28,377 bases of DNA from a virus. Lineage: Duplodnaviria > Caudoviricetes. The stretch covers positions 1 through 28,377 of the IMG/VR virus record IMGVR_UViG_3300011405_000021; one strand, 5' to 3'. Under the pieces are notes generated by a model that worked only from the letters and a program-made list of their open reading frames with translations, searched no databases and was not told the DNA's origin. Below are positions 1-7,022 of the stretch, piece after piece. Numbering within the stretch: the stretch's first letter is position 1; each line of letters opens with the position of its first letter. The position numbers and the translations under genes are program-made.

Positions 1-89
1 ATAACTTCCCAATCCGCCCCAGACGCTGTTATGTTAATAGCATCGTCTATTAGACCTAGCACTGTTCTTACTTTGTATTTAAGACTCAT
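1..89 (-). CDS. hypothetical protein, partial (runs off window edge)
   Basis: ATG at 89 on the minus strand gives MSLKYKVRTVLGLIDDAINITASGADWEV..., open to position 1; overlaps the end of the upstream DUF4326 gene. Confidence 0.55.
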   Translation of the reverse strand, partial: MSLKYKVRTVLGLIDDAINITASGADWEV

Positions 90-366
90 CGCAGACCTTC
101 ACTAAGACATCCCCATGACATGCTTTGGGCTTACAATAACATCCCAAGATCTTCCCTGTCAACTCTTTTTTCGCACGAGCCACTAAGTCAGGCTGGGAGA
201 GAAGCCATTCGGTGTATTTTTCTATGGCCTCTTCACGGGTATCTACCACAAACTCAGCTTTAGTGGCCCTATCTTTTAGGTGAGTCCACCGATTGCCCCA
301 AACAGAGCCACGCCCTATATAAACATCATAACACTCGTTGTGGTGTTTGTTAACAACACGAGTCAC
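79..366 (-). CDS. DUF4326 domain protein
   Basis: Motifs YDVYIGRGSVWGN, REEAIEKY, L.GK.LGCYCKPKACHGDVL are typical of phage DUF4326. Start set at GTG 366 (GTGA overlap with the upstream stop) rather than 384. Confidence 0.85.
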   Translation of the reverse strand: MTRVVNKHHNECYDVYIGRGSVWGNRWTHLKDRATKAEFVVDTREEAIEKYTEWLLSQPDLVARAKKELTGKILGCYCKPKACHGDVLVKVCDES

Positions 367-818
367 GGTAATAGTACCTTGCACACAATATCAGCCGCAG
401 TTTCTAAGTCACTGACCCTAAAACCAGCAAATTCTGTAATAAATGGATGATCGTGAACATTACCGGAAGGTTCCATAACTAAAACCACCGGCTTATTGAA
501 CGCTCGACACCAAGCCACTTCTGCTACAGTACCTATGCTTGCCTTTTTAGCTCCCAAGAAATTGACCAGAACTAAGTCAGACGTTGTCACGTCATTGAAG
601 TCCCTTGTCACTATAGCGCGTGACGTTGACATTGGCTGTGGATAGTCGCCGCCCAATGAAGTCTCACCCGCCAAATATTCTTTAGAACGCATTGGTGAGT
701 AACATCGAATTTCACTGCCTGCCCTGCGTGTAATATAGTCACTAACAATGTCACGCCACTGTGTGGCACCCGCATAATCCAAACCAAAAATCGGCCCTGC
801 CAAATAGACTTTGAACAT
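363..818 (-). CDS. nucleoside 2-deoxyribosyltransferase-like protein
   Basis: KVYLAGPI, D..DV..SDLVLVN and SIGTVAEVAW..AFNKPVV motifs. AAGGAG RBS precedes ATG at 818. Confidence 0.8.
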   Translation of the reverse strand: MFKVYLAGPIFGLDYAGATQWRDIVSDYITRRAGSEIRCYSPMRSKEYLAGETSLGGDYPQPMSTSRAIVTRDFNDVTTSDLVLVNFLGAKKASIGTVAEVAWCRAFNKPVVLVMEPSGNVHDHPFITEFAGFRVSDLETAADIVCKVLLP

Positions 819-826
819 AGTCTCCT

Positions 827-1381
827 TTAGATGTACCACTCACCATGACCGCAAACTTTACATTCTTCGCCGCCAACTCCCCCATCACACCCAATAAATT
901 TTGAACTTGTAAGCTTATGCGAAGTATGTGCATGACACTCATCGCAATACTTTGTCTCTTCTTTGATATGTTTCCATGAATGTCCATGACGTTCGCAGTA
1001 GTTCTGAAAAGAATCATCACGGTTAATAGCATCACAGTTACATGACAGCGTGCTATGGATAGGACAAGTCTCATACCCACGATTCCAGGGGGCTGCCATA
1101 CTGCACACCCCGCATGGTTCGTGGTGCCACTGCGTGGTGTATGCAGTGCTGCGCTCGTGATCTCTTATAAAGGTTGGATCGACAAACTCATCTGGCAACC
1201 GCACATAGGTTCTCCAGAACCAGTCAATTTCACCACGTAGTTTCGTAATTTCACCTTGTAACTTAGGAGCTTCACAATAACATAAGCCTAAATCACCCCA
1301 ACATATACCCAACAACCTCTTAGACTCATTAAATGCTTCTTTAAGTTCTTCGAAAGTTAGTGTTCTGGTTTCGTCACTCAT
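827..1381 (-). CDS. Cys/His-rich hypothetical protein
   Basis: 184-aa ORF in a tightly packed minus-strand run, with several CxxC pairs. Confidence 0.65.
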   Translation of the reverse strand: MSDETRTLTFEELKEAFNESKRLLGICWGDLGLCYCEAPKLQGEITKLRGEIDWFWRTYVRLPDEFVDPTFIRDHERSTAYTTQWHHEPCGVCSMAAPWNRGYETCPIHSTLSCNCDAINRDDSFQNYCERHGHSWKHIKEETKYCDECHAHTSHKLTSSKFIGCDGGVGGEECKVCGHGEWYI

Positions 1382-1390
1382 TGAATGTCC

Positions 1391-1771
1391 TTATTTGTCG
1401 TTGTCACATACACTGCAATACCCATTACCTAATTTTCTACCACACTCACAAATAGTCAGACGCTGTACCTCACGCTGGAGCCGCACCTTCTCGTTATACA
1501 ACTCCTGAAATGCTTCGTCAGTTGAGCCTGTGCTCGGTGCGGCACTCTTAAATAGCTCCACCTCACGCTGCGAGGCGGCAAGTTCTGTGCGCAGCGCGGC
1601 GAAGTCGATGGCATAAGCAGCTTGCAATTGAAGCGCTATATCAACCTTGCTATCGCTTGACAACTCGCTTACTGTGTCAATCGCTGCCTCACTCGGCAAC
1701 GCCAGCTCCCTATAGTGCCCCCCAGCATCACGCTTAGGGATCAAGTAGTCCTTTGGCTTAGGCTCATTCAT
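1391..1771 (-). CDS. hypothetical protein with coiled coil and C-terminal Zn-ribbon-like CxC...CxxC
   Basis: Start moved to ATG 1771 (MNEPKPK), which overlaps the upstream stop. The longer ORF-track N-terminus lies wholly inside the neighbouring gene. Confidence 0.6.
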   Translation of the reverse strand: MNEPKPKDYLIPKRDAGGHYRELALPSEAAIDTVSELSSDSKVDIALQLQAAYAIDFAALRTELAASQREVELFKSAAPSTGSTDEAFQELYNEKVRLQREVQRLTICECGRKLGNGYCSVCDNDK

Positions 1772-2033
1772 CGTTCTCACCATCCTTCCCTTCCCACCAA
1801 TGAACACAATGCGTCTTGTCCTCACGCGGAGCGCACTCAGTCTCTTCAACGCCCTCGTACCCACAGGAGCAACACTTACCGTTCTCCGGCTTAGGCTCCG
1901 AGTAGTAACCATGCTTGTCGTGCATCTTGCAGTAAGGACCAGCGACATCGTTGCAGGTACACTTAGCCTCCATCACGCGCCTCCCTTCCCTCTGTTCATC
2001 CACCTGTGCACAGAAATCACTTAGGTCACTCAT
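1764..2033 (-). CDS. Cys-rich hypothetical protein
   Basis: Start ATG 2033 (MSDLSDFC) forms an ATGA overlap with the stop of 2030..2242. Confidence 0.6.
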   Translation of the reverse strand: MSDLSDFCAQVDEQREGRRVMEAKCTCNDVAGPYCKMHDKHGYYSEPKPENGKCCSCGYEGVEETECAPREDKTHCVHWWEGKDGENDE

Positions 2034-2242
2034 CTTAAATCCACCGCCCTTTTCCAAGGAAACAACTTTTTGTAAACACCCAACGGGCTAACACCATCCA
2101 GTTTATAGTACATCTCGACATCTTCACGGAATTCATTAGCAAAATCACACTCACACCCGCATAACTCCTTATTTATCTTTAACAGCCGACATTGGCGATG
2201 CTTCTCATCCCTACAGTACCTACAAGGTAAGGTCATTGTCAT
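2030..2242 (-). CDS. small Cys-rich hypothetical protein, first gene of the leftward operon
   Basis: AAGGAG RBS at 2243-2248 (minus strand); CRYC...C...CGCEC; lies downstream of a leftward promoter. Confidence 0.65.
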   Translation of the reverse strand: MTMTLPCRYCRDEKHRQCRLLKINKELCGCECDFANEFREDVEMYYKLDGVSPLGVYKKLFPWKRAVDLR

Positions 2243-2246
2243 CTCC

Positions 2247-2274
2247 TTGACATGTCAACGATCTGTGTTAGAGT
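2247..2274 (+). promoter_or_regulatory. perfect 12-bp palindrome TTGACATGTCAA; possible rightward promoter (TTGACA-16-TAGAGT with TGn) or operator
   Basis: Palindrome at 2247-2258. CTGTGTTAGAGT (2263-2274) nearly repeats CTGTGTTACAGT (2386-2397). Confidence 0.45.
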
Positions 2275-2324
2275 GCCAGTCCCGTACACCCTACTATCCC
2301 ACACAGACCCGGTGAAACACGGAA

Positions 2325-2353
2325 ATCCTACACCGAAACAGGCTTTTTGTCAA
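2325..2353 (-). promoter_or_regulatory. leftward sigma70-type promoter
   Basis: Minus strand TTGACA (2353-2348), 17-nt spacer, TAGGAT (2330-2325). Confidence 0.7.
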
Positions 2354-2368
2354 GAAAAATCTTTTCTC

Positions 2369-2397
2369 TTGACATTATTGTAAAGCTGTGTTACAGT
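2369..2397 (+). promoter_or_regulatory. rightward sigma70-type promoter
   Basis: TTGACA (2369-2374), 17-nt spacer, TG-n-TACAGT (2392-2397), followed by RBS AAGGAG 2404-2409. Confidence 0.75.
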
Positions 2398-2418
2398 CTG
2401 TTTAAGGAGTATGGTGAA

Positions 2419-2697
2419 ATGACAGAATTTGAAAAAACATTAAGAGAGTTATTGGAAGACAAACGTTATTCTATAACTGAGTTTTGTAAGGAAGTTGGTT
2501 TATCTCGGCAAGGTTTTTACAACCTGTGTCATGGAATAAACTTACCGACAGAAGAAACGTTGATTAAGATAAATACTTTTTTTGGAAGTGACTTTAAGTT
2601 TGATACTAAACGTAGGAGTAAACCACGTGGCTTACACATCGAAACCAACAAGCAGGCGACTGAAGCTCCTGAGATGGACGGACTTTCTGAAGTTTGA
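2419..2697 (+). CDS. XRE/Cro-like helix-turn-helix transcriptional regulator
   Basis: LRELL..KRYSITEFCKEVGLSRQGFYNLCHG.NLP.EETL.KI matches the HTH_3 pattern. RBS lies 9 nt before ATG 2419. Confidence 0.85.
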   Translation: MTEFEKTLRELLEDKRYSITEFCKEVGLSRQGFYNLCHGINLPTEETLIKINTFFGSDFKFDTKRRSKPRGLHIETNKQATEAPEMDGLSEV

Positions 2698-2944
2698 GTA
2701 CTTTAAACAAGTCTTGATGGCAGTTCCAGATGACGTTAGATTTATGGGTATTGAGAGAGACATCATGAGTGCATCTCATTATGTGATACTAGAACATCCG
2801 TCGTTTGCTGAAGTAGGCGAGGGAGAGATGATACCTGAGTATATAGTGACTTTGACTAACCCAACAAAGTCTGTAAATCAATGTACCTGCGGGGCAGGTT
2901 CGGTAGGATCATCAGGACATGCGTCTTGGTGTGACGCAGCCTAA
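2627..2944 (+). CDS. hypothetical protein with C-terminal CTCG...GHA.WC metal-binding motif
   Basis: AGGAG 2614-2618 precedes GTG 2627; overlaps the HTH gene tail. Confidence 0.65.
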   Translation: MAYTSKPTSRRLKLLRWTDFLKFEYFKQVLMAVPDDVRFMGIERDIMSASHYVILEHPSFAEVGEGEMIPEYIVTLTNPTKSVNQCTCGAGSVGSSGHASWCDAA

Positions 2945-2952
2945 GGAGAAAT

Positions 2953-3618
2953 ATGAACGACCGACTAACCGATATTACAGTTGTATTAGATAGATCTGGT
3001 TCTATGTCTAGATTACGTCAAGATACAATTGGTGGTATTAACACATTTATTACTGATCAAAAAGCATTTGATGGTGATGCTACTTTTACACTAGTTCAAT
3101 TTGATGATAAATACGAAGTTAACTACACATCTAGAAATTTAAAAGAAGTGTCTTTACTAGGAACTAATGACTTCGTTCCTAGAGGCTCTACAGCCTTATT
3201 AGACGCTATGGGCCGCACCATCAATGCAACTGGAGAGCGGTTGTCTTCCATCCCAGAAGATCAGCGACCAGGAAAGGTCATATTCGTGATCATGACTGAT
3301 GGTTATGAAAATGCAAGTAAGGAGTTCAATTACGATCAAGTCAAGACTATGGTTGAGCACCAGACGGCTCAGTATAACTGGCAGTTTGTTTACTTGGGAG
3401 CTAACCAAGATGCTATTTTAGTGGGCAACTCTATCGGCATCGCCGCATCTAACAGCCTAACCTACGCAGCCTCTGGACCGGGTATTCATACAGCTCATGT
3501 GGCAGTTAACAAAAATACTCGTGCTTTTAGAAGTGGCCTGACCAAGAGTTACACATTCACAGATAATGATAGAACAGAACAAGAGGAGTTACTAAAAAAT
3601 GGAGGAACTAGTAGATAA
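2953..3618 (+). CDS. von Willebrand factor A (vWA) domain protein
   Basis: MIDAS motif VVLDRSGSM, plus RGSTALLDAMG, VIMTDGYENAS and WQFVYLGANQDA; AAGGAG RBS. Confidence 0.92.
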   Translation: MNDRLTDITVVLDRSGSMSRLRQDTIGGINTFITDQKAFDGDATFTLVQFDDKYEVNYTSRNLKEVSLLGTNDFVPRGSTALLDAMGRTINATGERLSSIPEDQRPGKVIFVIMTDGYENASKEFNYDQVKTMVEHQTAQYNWQFVYLGANQDAILVGNSIGIAASNSLTYAASGPGIHTAHVAVNKNTRAFRSGLTKSYTFTDNDRTEQEELLKNGGTSR

Positions 3619-3940
3619 GCTACGAGAAAAAGACTTAGATAGAGCAAAACGAGAGAAATTTAGACGCAGAGCCTATAAGGTACGAGTAAGAGGCACTGTA
3701 TGGTCTTTGAAGTTCTATGACGTGGCATGGTCTTTACAATGTCCTGTACTAGGTATTGACTTAGACTATTACTCAGACAAACAGTCAGACAACAGTCCAA
3801 TGCTGACAATGCTGGACCCCGCAAAAGGCTATATCAAAGACAATGTGATTGTAATATCATGGCGGGCTCATAGACTGACCGCAGACGGTACTTCGCTAGA
3901 ACATAGACAAATAGCGACTTTCTTAGAAAAGTACCTCTAG
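3599..3940 (+). CDS. HNH-like endonuclease-fold protein, apparently degenerate
   Basis: CPVLGI.L...SP.L..LDPAKGYIKDNVIVISWRA resembles the phage 'CP..G...SLDRID..KGY..GNV' family. Confidence 0.6.
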   Translation: MEELVDKLREKDLDRAKREKFRRRAYKVRVRGTVWSLKFYDVAWSLQCPVLGIDLDYYSDKQSDNSPMLTMLDPAKGYIKDNVIVISWRAHRLTADGTSLEHRQIATFLEKYL

Positions 3941-3965
3941 GGATATATACTTGCTGTGATAGACT
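3934..3965 (+). promoter_or_regulatory. phage-specific promoter motif, copy 1 (TATATACT-N3-TGTG-N-TAGACT)
   Basis: 25 of 32 positions identical to 23660-23691; extended -10 with no canonical -35. Confidence 0.6.
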
Positions 3966-3971
3966 TAAGTC

Positions 3972-4226
3972 AGAGAAGAAGTTCCTTCCGGTTGAAAATT
4001 ATCAATTACTTTGTGGCCGACATACCAAGCGATAAGTCATTTCGCACGCGGCATTTAGACAACTGAAGGCAGGACCGAGGCCGTCGGGGAAACCTTACGG
4101 CCTTTTCTCTTTCACTTCTGAGGTTCTGGGAAACTAGACAAACACGATGGAGAGCAAGACCTCTGCACTGGCAACAGAGCAGTTCGACTGTGGCCCTCTC
4201 CAATTAGTCACTGGAGCACGCGCCAG
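3972..4226 (+). ncRNA. candidate structured non-coding RNA(s), family unknown
   Basis: No credible ORF. Nested stems and three GNRA-capped hairpins. Begins about 7 nt after a promoter motif and sits just upstream of a tRNA. Confidence 0.5.
4078..4112 (+). terminator. GC-rich hairpin with GAAA loop and pyrimidine tail (possible intrinsic terminator or ncRNA domain)
   Basis: AGGCCGT-CGGG-GAAA-CCTT-ACGGCCT followed by TTTCTCTTT. Confidence 0.4.
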
Positions 4227-4249
4227 AAGCTTTCACCTTAACGACCTTA

Positions 4250-4339
4250 GGTAGGTTCCCGCTAAGTGGTTGGCGACCGGATTTGAACTCCGGTGGGGGA
4301 CGACAAACGTCTGGTGTTCGACTCATCATCCTACCGCCA
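4250..4339 (+). tRNA. tRNA-Ser (anticodon TGA), long variable arm, probable 8/4 fold
   Basis: Acceptor GGTAGGTT/ATCCTACC; D-stem CGCT/GGCG; anticodon stem CCGGA/TCCGG with loop TTTGAAC; V-arm GACG/CGTC; T-loop TTCGACT; discriminator G; encoded CCA. Confidence 0.88.
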
Positions 4340-4359
4340 ATTTATTCCAAGGAGATACA

Positions 4360-4538
4360 ATGATTATAACTTTGATTGTAATAGGTGTTTTGATGTGGTT
4401 GGCAATGCTTACATACCTATGCAAGAACCCTTTAAAAAGATTTTGAACGTTGTTGTGGTTATCGCCGTTGTTTTGTGGTTGCTTCAGGGTTTTGGTTTGT
4501 TAGGGCCGTTGCCGCAAACGCCGCTGTTTAACCGCTAA
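4360..4538 (+). pseudogene. small two-TM membrane protein (Thivi_2564-like), split by a 1-nt frameshift near 4403
   Basis: AAGGAG RBS then ATG 4360 gives MIITLIVIGVLMWLA; the -1 frame continues NAYIPMQEPFKKILNVVVVIAVVLWLLQGFGLLG. Confidence 0.6.
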
Positions 4539-4885
4539 TGACAATGACAGACGCAGTTGAAAAGATGTTAAATCAAGCACTGACTGAGACTGGTCAGTAT
4601 TTTTGGTGGATCTCACCAACGTACGCCAAATCTAAAGAAGTTGTGGAAGAATTTACATCTGAACTAAACTACGACAACCTTGATTACAAATGGCGTACCA
4701 ACGAGCGTACGCTTACCTTAAAGAACAGGTCTGTTATAGCGTTCAGGTCTGCTAGCGCTAGTCCAGATACTTTGAGAGGTTTCCGCATAAACGGTGTGGT
4801 CGTACCCGCCAACGTTCCTCAAGCATTGATTGATTCTGTAAGAACTTGTCTGACAAAGACTAATGGATGGATTATCACTGTATAA
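4538..4885 (+). CDS. truncated paralogue of the terminase large subunit ATPase domain
   Basis: WWISPTY, IAFRSA..PDTLRGFRI and RTCLTKTNGWII align with TerL WWIAPTY, IWFKSA..EDNLRGFRV and RTTVTKTRGKII. Confidence 0.75.
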   Translation: MTMTDAVEKMLNQALTETGQYFWWISPTYAKSKEVVEEFTSELNYDNLDYKWRTNERTLTLKNRSVIAFRSASASPDTLRGFRINGVVVPANVPQALIDSVRTCLTKTNGWIITV

Positions 4886-4898
4886 CAAGGAGATTTCT

Positions 4899-5090
4899 AT
4901 GACAAAAGCAAATAGCCCGTTTGGATATATGGAATCACCGGATGTACCCTCCGCTACAGATCCTTTTGGAATTCCTATAGTGCAGCCTGAAGAGGGCCGC
5001 CCTGTAACACGAGAAGAATTTGATGCTCTTGTTGTAAGAGTTACAGAGTTAGAGCATAAACATAAAGACAAAGACAAGGACAAAGACTAG
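4899..5090 (+). CDS. small hypothetical protein with (H/D)K dipeptide tail
   Basis: AAGGAG RBS before ATG 4899; VTREEFDAL..RV.ELE motif; 6-bp AAAGAC-type repeats at about 5055-5087. Confidence 0.65.
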   Translation: MTKANSPFGYMESPDVPSATDPFGIPIVQPEEGRPVTREEFDALVVRVTELEHKHKDKDKDKD

Positions 5091-5104
5091 TCACTGTATA
5101 AACT

Positions 5105-5707
5105 ATGACACACGCACTAACAGCCAAAGAGCTGTGGACCAACGCACAGAACGGGGAGAAGATAACTACTCAGCAACGTCGTCATGTACTTGAATGGCTA
5201 GCTGTGATGGGTGAGATAACTAACTACACCAACACGGACTTAGCCAAGATTTTTGGTCTTACTGAGAGAATGATTCGCTGTGATCGTAAAATAGTACGAG
5301 AACAGGCAGTTAAAGCATTAGCCGACAACAAAGATATTAATCTAGTAATTGCTGATATTTGGCAAGATTTTGATATACAACGCCGGGATTTGGAACGTGG
5401 AAAGAAAGCAGCCCGTGCAGGTACTGCTCCTTTTAATACTGCGTGTAAGATGATATTTGATATGAGACTTCAGATGGTCAAACTCTTGCAAGAGACAGGT
5501 TACTGGCCAACAGACATGGTCAAACATAGTCGAGTCCATAAGGCTATAGTTAGCAGTGATGGGTCAGTGTCAACAGAGGTTATTGAGGGTATAGAAGAGT
5601 CTCGTCAGGCTATACGCCAAGCTGAAGGTTACACCCAGCAAGAAGAACCAAAAGCGCCGCAACCTCAATATAAAGCGCTAATGGAAGGTGACATAGAGGG
5701 TGAGTAA
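5105..5707 (+). CDS. terS: probable terminase small subunit
   Basis: N-terminal HTH (TNTDLAKIFGLTERMIRCD), helical body, and position immediately upstream of and overlapping TerL. Confidence 0.65.
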   Translation: MTHALTAKELWTNAQNGEKITTQQRRHVLEWLAVMGEITNYTNTDLAKIFGLTERMIRCDRKIVREQAVKALADNKDINLVIADIWQDFDIQRRDLERGKKAARAGTAPFNTACKMIFDMRLQMVKLLQETGYWPTDMVKHSRVHKAIVSSDGSVSTEVIEGIEESRQAIRQAEGYTQQEEPKAPQPQYKALMEGDIEGE

Positions 5708-7022
5708 TTTAGTAGTACAAGAAGAGCCAGTAGTTTTGATACTGCCGTCCATGTATAAAGAGCAACGAGAGTTGCTTATGTCTGGATACCGTGATCCAAA
5801 AATACAATACATAGTTGGAGCGTGGGGAACTAAGGCCGGAAAGTCGTACGGAGCATCAATACTGCTAACAAAGTTTGCGTGGGAAAATCCAGATACGGTG
5901 AGTTGGTGGATAGCCCCGACATATCAGCAGGCTGAGGAAATTGGTAAGAAATACATCACCAAGCTACTGCCTAAAGGATTTTGGAAAGAGTCTGAGAAGG
6001 GCAAGAAAATAACCATCCTTAATGCCGACAAGTCAGAGAGATCAGAGATCTGGTTTAAGTCTGCGGATGACGAAGACAATCTTAGAGGATTCCGGGTTCA
6101 TTTAATCATTGCCGATGAAATGGCCCGCATCAGTGAAGTTGCATACGAGTCTTTCAGAACCACTGTAACAAAGACTCGCGGTAAGATTATATTTCTTTCG
6201 ACACCAAAAGGGCATAACCTGTTTTATGACTTTTTTCAGCGCGGTGATAAAAGTAGGTTGGGTAAAGATGAGGTAGACCCCTTCCCAGACTGGTTTTCAA
6301 TGAAGCTTCCAACCATTGTAAACCCCTTTCCTACTCCAGAAGAAACTGCAGAAACAGTAGCCGACGCAGAACGCAATCTACCTTATCAAACGTTTCGTCA
6401 AGAGTATCTCGCTGAGTTTCTAAGTAATGCATCGACTGTCTTTGGAACATACAGAGACTGTATTCAAGGTGAGTGGTTTGGTAAGGGTACTGGGCCTGGC
6501 TCTTCTCGCTATGGCGTTGGGCTAGACTTAGGAAGATCGCATGATTACACCGTACTCACTGTTATGGATTTGCACCAACGCCGCGTAGTTGATTTTGAGC
6601 GTTTCAATCAAATTGACTGGCAGTTACAATACGCCAAAATTACAGCGATGTGTCGCAAGTATAACAATGCCATTTTAATAATGGACGCGACGAGTGCCGG
6701 TGATCCTATCTTTAACACACTAATGATGGCGGGGTTGAACGTCATTCCCTACAGGATATACACCAACACCGCAAAGCGGGAACTCATTGACAATCTACGA
6801 GTGCACATTGAACAGCGTAAGATTACGTATCCCAATATCCCAGAGTTAATGAGAGAATTAGAAGATTACGAAATCAACATCACACCTACTGGAGTCATTA
6901 CTTACAGCGCTCCACGTGGTAGACACAAACACGATGACTGTGTTATATCTCTTGCTTTAGTAACAATGTTAGTTAACCAGCCTGAACATCACTATATTTA
7001 TTCCAATGAACGAGGCGTCTAG
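5700..7022 (+). CDS. terL: terminase large subunit
   Basis: Walker A-like GTKAGKS, WWIAPTY, Walker B IIADE, motif III STPKG, and RNase H-like nuclease GLDLGRSHDYT ... HDDCVISLAL. Confidence 0.96.
   Translation: MSNLVVQEEPVVLILPSMYKEQRELLMSGYRDPKIQYIVGAWGTKAGKSYGASILLTKFAWENPDTVSWWIAPTYQQAEEIGKKYITKLLPKGFWKESEKGKKITILNADKSERSEIWFKSADDEDNLRGFRVHLIIADEMARISEVAYESFRTTVTKTRGKIIFLSTPKGHNLFYDFFQRGDKSRLGKDEVDPFPDWFSMKLPTIVNPFPTPEETAETVADAERNLPYQTFRQEYLAEFLSNASTVFGTYRDCIQGEWFGKGTGPGSSRYGVGLDLGRSHDYTVLTVMDLHQRRVVDFERFNQIDWQLQYAKITAMCRKYNNAILIMDATSAGDPIFNTLMMAGLNVIPYRIYTNTAKRELIDNLRVHIEQRKITYPNIPELMRELEDYEINITPTGVITYSAPRGRHKHDDCVISLALVTMLVNQPEHHYIYSNERGV

Noticed and set aside
751-2024. Overlapping ORFs 751..1080(-), 1055..1240(+) and 1800..2024(+)
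   Set aside because: They overlap better-supported, translationally coupled minus-strand genes.
4148-4202. Third tRNA or tmRNA acceptor end (GTTCGA ... CTCTCCA)
   Set aside because: Only about 55 nt, with no D-arm, no 5-bp T-stem with 7-nt loop and no convincing tag reading frame; kept only as part of the unassigned structured RNA.
4006-4203. Minus-strand 65-aa ORF
   Set aside because: Opposite to the operon direction, TTG start without a clear RBS, and overlaps the structured region.
4250-4339. tRNA-Sec or opal suppressor
   Set aside because: The anticodon is TGA (reads TCA, Ser), not TCA; the D-stem is 4 bp rather than the extended Sec type.
4293-4359. 5' part of ORF-track ORF 4293..4538
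   Set aside because: It starts inside tRNA-Ser; the real RBS and ATG are at about 4349-4362 in another frame.
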